Source: Cenococcum geophilum (Eukaryota). Taken from it: a DNA stretch of 64,000 bases. Position 1 is the first letter of the stretch. The number at the start of each line of letters is the position of its first letter. Under the pieces are notes generated by a model, which had not been told where the DNA came from, searched no databases, and saw nothing but the letters and a program-made list of their open reading frames with translations. The stretch is taken from NCBI GenBank assembly GCA_050273025.1, contig CP158636.1:7068001-7132000 (forward strand), given 5' to 3'. Position numbers and translations under genes: made by a program. Below, one piece after another: positions 41,201 through 54,600 of the stretch.

Positions 41201-44200
41201 TAAACGTAGCACTTCTTTTAGTAATTACTTTAAAATAAACCTCCATGAGGACCTCTATAATTACCTTATAGTCAACGTTAATTATACTCTCTTCCGTATT
41301 CCCTACTACGGCTACTATATATTTAGTTAGTCTAGTTATAATTATATTAGTTAGGAATGCTTAGTTAGGTAAGGCTTTCGGTATAGAACTATTAAAATTC
41401 TTATATTTATATTATAGTACCTACGGCGGAGCGTAGCTTAGTATATACTCCTTTAAATATATCCGCAGGTTTATATAGCGCTAAATTATACTTAGGAACG
41501 CTACGGTAGGCTAAAATAACCTAGTCCCTTAGGCTATTATTATTTTAGTAAGTTTTAGTAAAGCTATATTAGATTTTCTAAAGTTTATTAAAGAGTAGTT
41601 AAAGGCACTCTAAATAAGTCTTTATTAGGTTAGAAGTAATAACTCTCTAAAATATAGTTTCCCGCTATTTAGACATATAAAGTTGGTAATTCTTATTAGT
41701 CTTAAAGTAAGCTTTAGTAAGCTAAAGCATTATATTAAAGCTATAGTTTTTACCCGTAATATAGTTATAATAGAATGTTACTACCTGTCCTTTTAATATA
41801 ATAGAGAAAGCGTAGTGGTACTAGTGGCCTTAAATTTTAACCTTATTATAACAGTTATAGAAGACCTATAGTTTTACTCTAAGTATATTGTACAGTTCTC
41901 CTCTAAACTTTTTTTCTTCGTCTAAATATACCTTTATTAGATTTATAACTTCTCGTAGTAGAGGCTTACCGGTTAGCTAGAATAGAGGGGGTAGCGGAAT
42001 AACACCTCTAGGTAGGAGAGTACCTTTTAGTAGGAGAGTACCTCTAGGTAGGGGATTAGCGTTTTAGGGGTTTTAATACGAATTAAAGTTACCTTCTAAA
42101 GAATATGGGTTGGTTTTAGGTTTCCGTAGTTAACGTATAATCTTAGCTTCCGTCTATACTGGTTCTTCTATACTAATAATAACGGCCTAAATATTACTAG
42201 TAATTAGGTTACCGTTCTTAGTAATATATACCCTATTTCTATAGAGGAAGTCTTAAAAATCCTAAATAATATTAACGTTGCTAAGTACCTAGGTATTAGT
42301 AGTCTATCCTATAAAATCCTTTTTAAAATACTCCTATAGTTATAAATCGGTATAGTGTCTGTTTTAGTAGAATATAATATAGTATAGGAGAAAGCCGTTA
42401 ACTTGTTTTATAGTATAAGTTGTTATATTAAAGGCGAATTTGTCCTAATCTTTATCGATAAGTTTCGCGTGCTTAGCTACCCCTAATAGTAAGAAGTCTT
42501 TCTAGTTATTTAGCGTAGCCATGCTTTTAAAGAAAGGAAAGTGTTGTTGGTATAGGGATTATCGTTTAATACGCGTTCGTAACATGTATTTGCGATTATA
42601 AGGCTTAGGACTAGTTCTAGCCTTAAATCGCGAAGACTTATAATATATATTGTTCTGCGTAATAGACGCAAGAATCTATAATCTAGGGAAGGCTTAGAAC
42701 CAGTTCTGGCCTTTAGATCCTTAGATTTATAGAAGAGTTCTATTTAAGGTTTAGAACTGGTTCTAACCTTAAAAAATAACTTCCTTTAGCACGAGTAGCA
42801 CTGGTACAGTAGCTTATCTCTTCTTAGTAAAAGACCTAGCTATTCTATAGTATAACAGTAAAGTTAACCACTAATTAGTATTAGTATTATAAGGTAATAT
42901 TACGTATCTATAAGTTGTAGGTAGTATAATAGTTATTATTCTTATATCTAAGGGGAAGGGTAAAGAACTTAAGGTTCCTCACCACGCTGGTGCCGCGGCG
43001 TCACGTAACGGCAATTTGCCCTACGTGACGGCAACTTGCCTAACTTGACAGCAACTTGCCTTATTCCCAACACTAGTAATATAAGTTAAGTAGAATAATA
43101 AGGCGCTTATGGCATAGTATAAATAGGGACTTAAGGCTAAAGTCTAGAACATAATTATCCTAATGGAAGATGTGGATACCTTAAGGAAACTAATAGATTA
43201 AGTAATAAAGATTAATAATAGAATCTACTAAAGGGAATAGACTAAGAGAGGTTAGGATAGAGTTTTATAGTTATATAAGGCGTAGAATACGTAATAATTA
43301 AAGCTAAGTTAGAAAATATGGTATAGCGTAGAGCTAATAGACCTAAGTAGTACTAAAGAAACCTATAAGAGATGGAGTAAGAAACTATAGAAACCTAGAG
43401 GTTAAGGATTAAGTAATTATAGGACTAGGGAGCATAGGCTAAACTAAGGATCTTAGTAGCAAAAGATATTTAAGCGGACTCTATAATAAAAGCAATAGTT
43501 TAAAGATGGAGCTTATATAAATTATAGAAAATAGGGTTATTTTGCTAGAGACTATAGAAGTAGTTAAAGTTACTATACGGTAAAGGGAACTAGATTAATA
43601 GTATATAATATATACGTATAAAGGGATAATAGTATACTGCAAGAAACAAAAGAATGTTTAATTAGAAGTTTTGCGTTTTATTATAATAACGTATACTAAA
43701 TTTATAAAGACGCTAAGTATAGCGTAAGCTATTAGCTATAAAAGCTAGAGTTAAGAGGACTTAAAGGAACTAGAGAGTTAGATAAAGAATAAAATTAACT
43801 TTATAAGCTAGATTAAGATATTATATACAGATAAAGATTAGTAATAATAATAATGGAGTTAAAGTACTTATTAATTAATAGTAATAAGAATAGTAAAGGA
43901 ACTAACTAGGGGTATCTAAACCTTAATAACGCAATAAAAGTAGAGACTAAGACCGCTATAGAGTAAGGTTTAGTAACAGGTATATTAATACCATTAGATA
44001 CGGCATTTATCGCTTTATAAGATGAAAGGAGTAATATCTAAAGACGATTAAGTAAGTAGACGACTGCTAGTGCTAGCTCACCACTTAATAAAGGTAAAAG
44101 GCTAAAGGCTTAAGATTCTTAAGACGAGATAAGAGATAACTAAGATTCTTAAGATAAGATAAGGTATACTTAAGGATCTATAATAGACGATAACCGATAG

Positions 44201-47200
44201 AGTAGAGTAATGGCTTAGTTTAGTAATATATAAATAAGCTTAGGACGAAGTTTCCTAAAGGTATAAGATTCTTAAAGTAAGATAAGTAAGATTTAAGACT
44301 CTTAAGACAAGATAAGAACACTAGTAAAGCCTAGTTGGACTAAGGCTAGAGCTAAGCTTAAGAAAGAAGTAAGCTTAGGATTAAAGAATTTAAGGGATTA
44401 GAAATTTGGAGTATAGATATAAACACCTATAAATAAGAGGTAAGAGGCTTCTTTATAGATTAGAGAATCTATAATATAAATAGCAGTTAGATTAGGAGAC
44501 AGATATATAGACCTAGAAGACTTACTAGGTAAACGAGGTGTTTAACCTAAAGATTAAAAGTTTAATAATACAATTAAGAAGTAAGAAGACTTTAAGGATT
44601 TAGTTATAAGACGTAAATAATAAGAAACTATAGATAAATTTAGAGTAAGAATTCTTATATAGCAAGAACAGAAACTAGACATAAGATCTAGTATAATAGG
44701 TTATATAAGGGATAGAGTATTTATATAAAGAATTATAAATAGGCTAAGAATAGGCATACTAAGAGCTAAGTGGCTTACCGAACTAGAATAAGAAGAGAAT
44801 TTAGGGATTCTAATTAGGTTTAAAGAACGATATATAAAGGGCTATTATAACGTAGTAATAAAAAGATACTTCCTTATAGACAAGCCGTATACACTCTAGC
44901 AGCTATACTAAAGGTAGTATAGGCAACGATATAATAATAAGTAGGAAGATTTCTATATATAGTTGGATAAGAGAGTTATCTAAGACTACCTAATTACGGA
45001 AAAGGCAATAAATTATATTAAGGGAGCCTTAATTATAATATTAAAGGACCTAGAGGAATAATTAGAGAACTAGAGGGGTAAGAGATATATCTTAGTACCT
45101 ATAAATAAAGTTATAATAATTAGATTAATATAATAGAGGTTTAAACTTAAAAATAAGAACGAGTTAAGAGTTAACCTAAAGTACTTAGTATATTATACGC
45201 TATTATAGATTATATGCGTAGACAATATATATAAAATGCATAAAAATCCAAAAGAGAAAATCCGAAAATACCCTATAAGGATATATTAGGCGCTAGATAA
45301 GCAACAGTATAGAAATGCCAAGTATATACACAGCTAGCATCCCATAGAAGTTTAAAGCTAAGGGGATTTAATACTTTAACTAGGAAGATTCCTTACGGAA
45401 GAATACCTATCTATAGCATATTAAAGACAAAAAGCGAACTAAGTATTAGCTAAAGATAGACTAAGTATAGATAGGATCTAGCAGCTAATAATTAGGAAAA
45501 GTAGAGGCCTATAGAACTAAAGGGAGCTAGTAGTAAAGCCTTAGACCCTTAAAGGAATTTAAGAATAATACCTAAATTTAGGAATTAAATAGTAAGATTA
45601 ACAGTTTAAAGTATTAGTAGATAGTAGAGTAATACAAAACTATATCTTACTAGTAGCAGTTAAAAGAATGGGGCTACTATATAGACAAAAGGAGCACCCT
45701 TATCTATTAGTTATAATTTTAGGAAATCTAATAGCCTATAGAGGAGGGATTATCTACCTTAAAATAGGACCTATTTAGATAACTATTAAAGGGAGATAAA
45801 TTAAGATGTCTTTTAATATATTACTATTAGGGAATAATAAGGCAGTATTAGGAATACCTTAGTTACAGAAATATAATCTAGAGATTAATTAGGTTATAAA
45901 CTAGGTTAATATTAGAGATATATAATAACATAAAATGCGATAATAGACTAAGTTAGTATAGTACTAAGTTAGAGCAATATATAAAGAAACTAATTAAGAA
46001 TTAAGTTATATACTAAAGAAATACTATAAATATAGTAAGAGACTATAGTCACTAGAAAGTAAAAAGCTGTTAAATTATATAGCATAGGACTATAAGATAG
46101 AGTTAAAACTAGAAATAAGTCTAAAGTTCTTTCTAATTTATAAGCTTATAGAAGAAGAGCAAAGAGTACTAAAGGAGTTTATCTAAGAAAATCTTTAAAA
46201 GGGATATATTAGACTATTGCAGTTATTAGCAGGATATCTAGTACTATTTATACCAAAGAAGAATGGAAAACTTAGACTATGTATTAACTATAGATAGTTA
46301 AATAATATTACTAGGAAGGATAGGTATTCTTTACCCTTAATTAGCGAAATCTAAGATAGGATAGGTAATATATAAATCTTTATAAAGATAGATCTAAGAT
46401 AGGCGTACTATTAGATTAGAATTAAGGAAGGTAATAAGTAGAAAGCAGCTTTTAGATTAAAGGAAGGACTATATAAGCTATTAGTTATATAATTTAGGCT
46501 TATAAATGTACTAGCAATGTTTTAGAAGCGTATTAACAATATATTAAGAGAATACTTAGATAAATTTGTTATAGTATACCTTAACAACATTATTATCTAT
46601 TTAATAAATAAGGAAGAACATGGAGAATACGTTAAATGGGTTTTAAAGAGACTATAAGAGGAGTAGATACTAGTAGCAATTAAGAAATGCGAGTTCTTTA
46701 CCAGGAAAACCGATTTTATTAGATTTATTATTAAACTAGGCCAGCTAAGCATAGATCTAAAGAAGATTAAGGCTATAGCGAATTGGCAAAAACTAGAAAA
46801 TATTATATAATTAATATTATTTTTAGAGTTTTATAATTACTATAGAAGGTTTATAGCTTAATAGTTAAAGAATATTAAGTTATTTATAAGATTAATAAGG
46901 AAAAAAGAACTATAGATATAGGGAGAGGAACAAAGGAGACTGTTTAAGGAAGTTAAATAGTTATTTACCCAGGAACCAGTTCTTAAAATCTATTAGCTAT
47001 AGTTAGAGATAGTAGTTAAAACGGATATATTAAACTTTATACTAAAAGTGTGCTTTCTATAGAAATATAAAGATAGATAGCACCTAGTAGTATACTATAG
47101 TTGGAAGATAATACTACTAGAACTAAACTATAACATCTATAATAAGGAGTTATTAGGTATAGTTATAGTACTATAGGAATAGAGAGTATTCTTATAAGGT

Positions 47201-48759
47201 ATAGAAAAACTATTTATAGTTAAAATAGATTATAAGAACCTAATGGGGTTTCTAATAATAAAAGAACTTAATTATAGATAGGTTAGATAGGTAGAGATGC
47301 TTATAGAATACTATTTTAAGATTTAATATACTAAGGGTATAGAGAACGCACGAGTAGATGCCTTAAGTAGAAAGACTAAACTATAGAATAACGAAAAGCT
47401 ATTAGAGGCTTTATTACGAAAAGATATAGACAGATTAATTAAATATAATTACCTAAAAATTATAGTAATATAGAAAGAATAGATCTATAAATTCCTAGAG
47501 AGTAATTAAATATAAAAGATCTAAGATATATAGGTAGAGGATTTAGACTTAGAGTAGTATAGAAATTAAGAAGTAATATATATACTAAGGTCTATTATAA
47601 AAAAGTTTATTAAGTTATTTTATAAAGGACTAACTTAAGGATATAATGGAGCTATAGGCTTAATATTAAGACTTTAAAAGGAGTATATTATTAATAGAAT
47701 CTAGGGACTAGTAAGATAAGTTATAAAAGAATATCTAGATTGCTAAAGAAATAAACTAATAAGGTATAAGCTATACGGAGAGCTATAACCTATTAAAATA
47801 CTAAAGAGACTATAGGAGGTTATATTATAGGACTTTATTATTAAATTACTAAAATCAAGAAATCCTATTACTAGATAAGATTATAATATAATCTTAGTAA
47901 TAGTAGATAAGCTTATAAAGTGGGGATACTTTATAGCATATTTAGAAGAAATATTAGCGGAAGATATTACTAAAATCTATATTAAGAAAGTGTTTATAAG
48001 ATATAAAGTACTAAGTAAGATTATATTAGATAGAGATTTAAGATTTATAGCAGTATTATAGGAAGTATTCTTAGTAGAGTAAGGAGTTTAAGTAGTAACT
48101 TTTACTGTATATTATCTACAGATAGATGGTTAAATAGAAAGATTAAATCAGATACTAGAATAGTATTTAAGATATTATATTAATTACGTATAGAATAATT
48201 AGGTATTATTATTACTAGTTATATAGTTTATATATAATACAATACTATAGAAAGGAATAAGCATATTACTATTTAAGGTAAATTATAGATATAAGCTAAG
48301 GACCTTATTATTACTATAATAAGTAAAGAGAATAAGTAGTATAGCTAAGTAAAGAATAAAGGATTTAATAAATCTTTATATAGACCTTATAGAAATAGCT
48401 AAGGTAGTATAGTAGAGAATAAAAAAGTACTATAATGCTAAGAGATCTAAGGGACTAGATCTTAAGGAGGGAGATAAAGTATAGCTACTATATAAAAATT
48501 TTAAGAGTTAACAACTAAGTAAGAAGTTAAACTATATTAGACTAGGACCTTTTAAAATTATATAAAAAAATTTATTAGTTATATTTAAGTTAAACCTATT
48601 AGCTAAGATAAAGATCTACCCTATATAGTATATTATAATACTAGAGCCAGTATATAGAAATATTAAGCCACTAGTTTATAAAGTAGATATATATAGAGGA
48701 CAGGAAGAAGATAAATAGTAAGTTTTAAAGATTGTTAGTTATAAGGATGTTAATAATAA

Positions 48760-50856
48760 AACCTTCACCACACATGAAACCTTACTAAAAGGTAGCGCCA
48801 CACTCTAAAACTTACGCATACCCATCTTACCATCAAAAACAATCGATTTTCTAACTTTCAAGACCTAATTCCTACTGCCTAGCGAGCTAGAGGTGGATTT
48901 ATTTGTCGTTTTACCCCCTTTCCCTAATAGAAAATTTTCTTTAAGGGTGGCCCTAGCTTATAAGCGAGGCACGGACAGGAACACCAAACCTACTACTACT
49001 ACTACTAATACTAAAACTACAAAATAGGGGCTAGTTTCTCTACTACCTCTTAGCCTAATCTCCCCAGAAATCTTCTAGTAGGATTAGTAAGGAGAAAAGG
49101 GTATAAGGATAGTAAAAACTAGGAAAACCCCTTTATAAGACATAAAATGCCAAGGCCCAGTAGGCCTAAAAAGAAACCTATAGAAATAAGTGATAATAAG
49201 TCTATATTTACATTCACTTTTTCTGGCCCTTCTCCTTCTCCTAGCCTATTTGGGACAGGAGAAAAAAGAGGACATCCTTAGTCTTCTACTAAAAAAGAAA
49301 ACCAAAAACCTACAAAAAAGACAACTAAACTGAGGACTTTTACGGCTGGTATACCTAGTATATCTTTCTCCCCCCTTTCTCCAGAACAACACCTATAAAA
49401 GGCTCTAGATAGCCTAACTCAGGCCTATAAAGGGCTAGAAGAAGAAGAAGAAGAAGATAAAAAGGAATAAGTTAAACAGCTAGAGGACTATACACGTAGT
49501 GTTCTAGTAGGAGAAAACCCCTTTATAAAAGGAAAAGAAGAGACAAAAGACGTCCTAAAAGGACTAGTTGAAGAAGTAAGAGCTCTCCGTAAGGAGGTAG
49601 CCCCTACTAAAGAAACCTACGCAGAGAGGCTAAAGAAGGACCTCCCTACTTTGTCCTCTCTACCCTCCTTATTAATACTATTTCCTACCCCTTCTACTTC
49701 TACTAGAAGTAAGAAAAAGCAGCTATAAGAAAGAAAGCTAGTCCTAATTACAGACGAAAAGGACCAACCTTTAGATACCTTCTCTATACGAAACAAAGTC
49801 AATCAACTATTTGCATTAAAACTGCAAGTAGAAAAACCTGTTTTAGCATCTATAGCTAGAACTAAAGGAAAATAAAATATTCTCCTTATGACTACGGAAG
49901 AGTATAATGCGGATTTCCTAGTTAAATATAAGGAAATCTGGTATAACTGCTTTACCTTTTAAAGAGAATAAAAACTAGAACTATGGGTTCAAATTATAGC
50001 CTACGGGGTTCCTACCCTACCTTTCCTAGAAGAAGGAGGCTCTAAGCTTCTAAAAAAAGAAATTGAGACCTTTAATCCTATAAGGATATAAGGACTACCT
50101 AGATGGATCTTATCTAGTGTAAAAAGACACGATCTATAGACTAGATTTGGCTCTATAGTTTTTACTATAGAGAACGAAGAAAAAAGATAAGAAATCCTTA
50201 AGCAAAAAGAGATATTAATTGCAGGTACAGCTACTAAGGTAGTAAAATACCTCAAAGTCTCTCCTACTACGCAGTGTACGAGCTGCCAAAAATTTGGCCA
50301 TCTAGGAGATAGGTGCTCTACTAGGGCCTGCAGATACTGTGTAGCTGTATATTTATCTAAAAACTATTCCTGTTCTACCTGTATAATAATAGGCAAGCCT
50401 TGCCAGCATACCACCCCTCTTTGCATTAATTGTAAAGAAAAACACTTTGCTAATAGTAAAGACTGCGAGACTCTTAAAGCTGCTAAACTAGTACGCGAAG
50501 AAGACTCTATGGAAGAATAAAATAGATAAGATTCTAGAAGGAGGCAACTCCTACTAGGCTCTTAAAAAGATATTAGAGAGCAAAAGGATAGAAATAAATT
50601 GCAAAAGGATAGGGACAGGGGTTAGGATTTCTTATAGTTTTTCTTACCATTTTCTCATTCCCTAGTAGTTGTAATATCTTAGTATTTTACTAGGAAACTA
50701 TAAACTCCTAATTTAGGGGTTTATAAACTACTAGGACATAGCTACTAGTACATATTAAGCTGCCTAGAAAGGATTTATATATATAGAACTATAGCGCCAT
50801 AGCCCAAGGCTGCATGCGCAGTATTGTACGTAGTATAATACAATGGATAAAAAAAA
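48760..50856 (+). mobile_element. Non-autonomous non-LTR retroelement (ORF1 only), copy 1
   Basis: Starts AACCTT, ends GGATAAAAAAAA, flanked by a 13-bp TSD ATGTTAATAATAA (48747-48759, 50857-50869). It has a single gag-like ORF. Confidence 0.85.
49147..50520 (+). pseudogene. LINE (Tad1-like) ORF1/gag-like protein with C-terminal Cys/His knuckles
   Basis: ATG 49147 to TAA 50520 with a few RIP stops. C-terminus QCTSCQKFGHLGDRC..ACRYC...CSTC...CQH..LCINCKEKHFANSKDC. Confidence 0.75.
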
Positions 50857-51685
50857 ATGTTAATAATAAAATATAGTATAAAGTAAAGTAGATAGGCTAT
50901 ACTAAGACTACCTAGGAACTACTAGGGAACCTAAAAAATGCTATAGGAAAGGTACAGGAGTATTAAAAAAGAAAGGGTTAGGTAATGTTAATAAAGAAGG
51001 ATTACTAAAGAATAAGTTACCTAAGGGGGACCTAAGAGGAGCGACTGCTAAACTACTTAGAGTTATTTTCCTCTCTATTAGAAGAGAATCTATTCTTTTA
51101 TTACTAAGTTCTTATAGACCTTATTTTATAAGTTTCTACTCTTTAGAACGGACCTTCTTATATACTTTCTTAAGATAGGTTAACTAAGTAAACGCAACTT
51201 ATTAAGTCTTAAAGGAATAACACTAGGCCTTAAGGGCGCGAGTAGTCTCCTTAGTAGAATAATAGAGTTTAGCATAAGTAGCGGCTAACTTAGACTTAAG
51301 TTTTATAGCGGTAGATTAAATACGAGACCCTATAACAAATTACTTAGGGAACTTAAAGACTATTAAGAGTAATAGGATGTATATACTTAGTGTTAGAAAT
51401 AGAGTAAATATTATAACGAAACCTTATAGCAGGTACTATAATAAGCTTATTAATAGGCTAGGTGTATAGGTAATGCAAATTAAAGTTAACAACGTAATAA
51501 TAACTGGTGGAGTAGTTGCCTAATAGATTAACTTTAATTATATTCTAAGAATTACTATAAGGAAGGAACTATCTAGATAGGGACTAAGGGTCCTTAAATA
51601 CATAACTATACTCCTAAGAAAGTCGTTGCTCTATCTACTCTACCTACTCTATTCGCTCTATTATAGATCTCGTAGATTATATAAA

Positions 51686-54600
51686 TATCGGTATCACTTC
51701 CGGTAATACGTAATGCTATTGCAATAGTATAGGGTAGTAACTGATTTTAATTGATGCTTATTAATTCTCCTATTCTATAGGTGGAATTTAGTGGATTTTC
51801 TAAGCTTGCTTAGCTTATATAACTAACCTAATTAGTTACAGACAACCTTATTTAGATACTAGGAGTATTTAGTTTTTAATAGTGCTTAAGCACACCTCCT
51901 ACTAAATTCTATTAAGTTCTACTAAATTCTGCCATATTCCACTTAGATTCTACTAAATTCTACTAGGTAGTTAAAGTAACTAATTACGATTTTCCATCCC
52001 CGGGATGGAAAATCGCTATTGGCTCGCTTAGTACTAGCGCCTTAGCGGCTGGCTTAATATCTTCGCATACTCTATTCCTGCTTTAATGTCTTTTTTCTCT
52101 ACCTACTCGGTAACCTATAGCTTAATTATATTTGTATTAATTAGGTCCTTTAACGCCTAGCAAGGCTTTAATTTTATTATAGCGTCTATAGGGTTACTGC
52201 CTCCATTAATCTATTTAATCTTTACTATTTCTCTTCTCTTATATAATTATTGTAAACACATTAGGTTAACTATAAGTCGTTTCTCTTATATTATTCTAAG
52301 TTTGACTAGGTAGTTATATAAAAATTTTAAATTAGTATAAAGGGTAAGCGGTAGTCGTTTAAGTTATAGAATTTTCTTAATAGTTACTTTAATTGTAGCT
52401 CCGGTATTAAATCTATAAGCCATACTATATAGTTTAAATGCTAAAACACTTCGTATAACTTGCTTACACTTAATAGATAACCAATAGAGGATATTAGCCC
52501 TATTATCCTTATCTATAAGTATAATAACAAAGCCAATCTAAGAGGAGAGGTCGTGGTTATTAGTAAAGGATAAGTCCGTAAATATTATTAGTTTAAGAGT
52601 GCTTATATTAAGTCGTATAAAACGAAGTCCTTAGAAGGGATTATTAATTTACTATTATAGCCGCTTATTAAGCTGCTTTGTATATTCTTCCTTTAGGTTA
52701 ACAACTTATACTATAAAGGAGAGGTTAAAGGCAGCTTCTAGTTGGCAGACTATGGCAATATAAGCTCCTCTTACTCTTTAAGTAACGTACTAGTCCTTTA
52801 GTATAACTACCTTACGGACTTCCCCTCTAAAGCTAGTTAGGTCTATAGCCTTTATAGTAACTAGCTTTAGGTTCTAGCATTAACGTTCCTAGGTAAGGGC
52901 TATTAAATCTTTTTCTTGCTTAATATAGCCTCTATTAAACTTAATTAGGGTATTTAGCGTAAGCTTCTCTCTCTTTTTTACTAGGAACTTTACCTCCTAA
53001 AGTTTAGCTTCTTTAGCCTCCGTAAAGGTTTTATCAGTAAGAAATAGTGTATTATCGGTCTATAATCCTATAATTCCAAAGCTATTACTGTTTGTGTATA
53101 ATAAGTAGGGGTTATATATTAACTAGTTTATCCATAGCTTATTAAGGTAGTAGTAGTAGTATATATTAAACCAATAGTTACTAGCTTCTGGGACACTATA
53201 TAGTGGTTTAATAACTTTTAAAATTAATCTATCTTTTAGTCCGAGTTCTAGTGGTAGGCGTATAAAGAAGTCTCTGTTTAGGTGGGTGCTAGACTATATA
53301 TAGGCTTATAAGATATCGTGTAGGTATAAAAAGGCTGGTCTTCTTTTATTTCCTTATAAGGTTACTATAAGTGCTAGAATAATTCTCTAGCTAACACGTT
53401 AAATAGTTAGTAACTATGTTAGAACTAGATCTTTACTATAGTCGTTATAGGCTTATATGACCAGTCTAGACTTTTTAAAGGCCTTATCTATTCCGGCGTT
53501 CTTAATCTTATTAACAAATTAGGAGTTGAAGATTCTGACTCCTTTTAGAACGTCTACTATATTAGTAAACTTAAAGACGCCTTTCTTAAGTAAACCGTTT
53601 ATCTCTTTGCGTTGAGACTCTGTAAATAACGGTAAGGTACACTTAGAGGTTATAGTATTAGATTTTGTTAGGCTGTTGTTAATAAATATTAATATATCTA
53701 TAATGTTTTACTAGGACTTTATCAGCGATTATTATATCTATTTTAATCTTTAAAGGGGTATAGTAGCTGCCAGTTCCTTAGTTAGTTCCTTAGTTAGTTC
53801 CTTAGTTAGTTCTTTTAGTTTAGGTTATAGGTATAGTTTTACTACTATGGTCCTAAAGTTGGTAGGTCTACTAGGGAGCTATACCTTATATATCTCTCCG
53901 TTAATTCCGAGTAACTTAAATAGGCCAGTTTATCTGCCGCTTTGTCTAGTATTGCCTTTACGCTATATAAGTACATCTAAGTTAAGGGGGAGGTTATAGA
54001 TTATAGTGACAGATAGACCGTTTTATTAGTTTAGTGTATTATTAACTTGTTTCTTTACCCTAATCCTTATAATCTCCTTTATTGTCTTCTTTATAGCTAC
54101 CGCTTACTATATAATAGAGGGTGCTAATAGGTTAAGTTTACTTATTTAAGGGTAGGCACTAAAAATGAGAAGTATTAGGACTAAGCTATCTGGGCCAGCT
54201 ATATTATTAGCAGCCTTTACCGCTATTTATAAAGCCAGTTCTTTAGTTATTCCTAAGTCCTATAGCTCCTCTATAATTATCTAGTATACTTAGCGTAGAG
54301 TTAAATAAGCTCTTTCTACTATTTTAATAAACTAGTAAGCTTCTACTAGGACGCTCTTAGTTAATATAGCTATTGCTATAGCGTACTATTGAAATTCCTT
54401 ACTTACGAAGTTCTTCCTAGCGTTGTGGGTAATGTAGTTAGGTGGTCTAATGTAGGTGTTTATCCAGTAGAGTCGTAGGATGTCCTAGGTATGTTTTGCG
54501 GAGATATTATATAGCTATCTTACGGCTTAAAATCTGGTAGCTTTATTAATTATATAAAGGATAGGGCTTCTATTAATATATATAATATTAATAAAAATAG

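Larger units (their letters stand above)
29168..43072 (-). mobile_element. Copia-C1 LTR retrotransposon nested in B1 gag and itself interrupted by B2
   Basis: 194-bp LTRs 29168..29361 and 42879..43072; TSD CTAGT (29163-29167, 43073-43077). Minus-strand gag-PR-INT-RT-RH order, with RT GM[Q]T[DD] at ~38590. Confidence 0.9.
28137..51411 (+). mobile_element. Gypsy-B1 chromoviral LTR retrotransposon (5' LTR 28137..28558; 3' LTR not in window). Host of nested insertions
   Basis: The LTR matches the B2 LTRs. Gag MPPKAATMTPL starts ~28598, breaks at 29167 and resumes at 43073 (TSD CTAGT). RT VYL[DD]III ~46575, RNase H, integrase, and a chromodomain split at 48760. Confidence 0.9.

Noticed and set aside
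29163..43077. Repeated CTAGT/GCTAG TSDs suggesting a shared target motif
   Set aside because: CTAG is a common RIP product of CCAG/CTGG, and other TSDs here differ (ATAAA), so specificity is unsupported.
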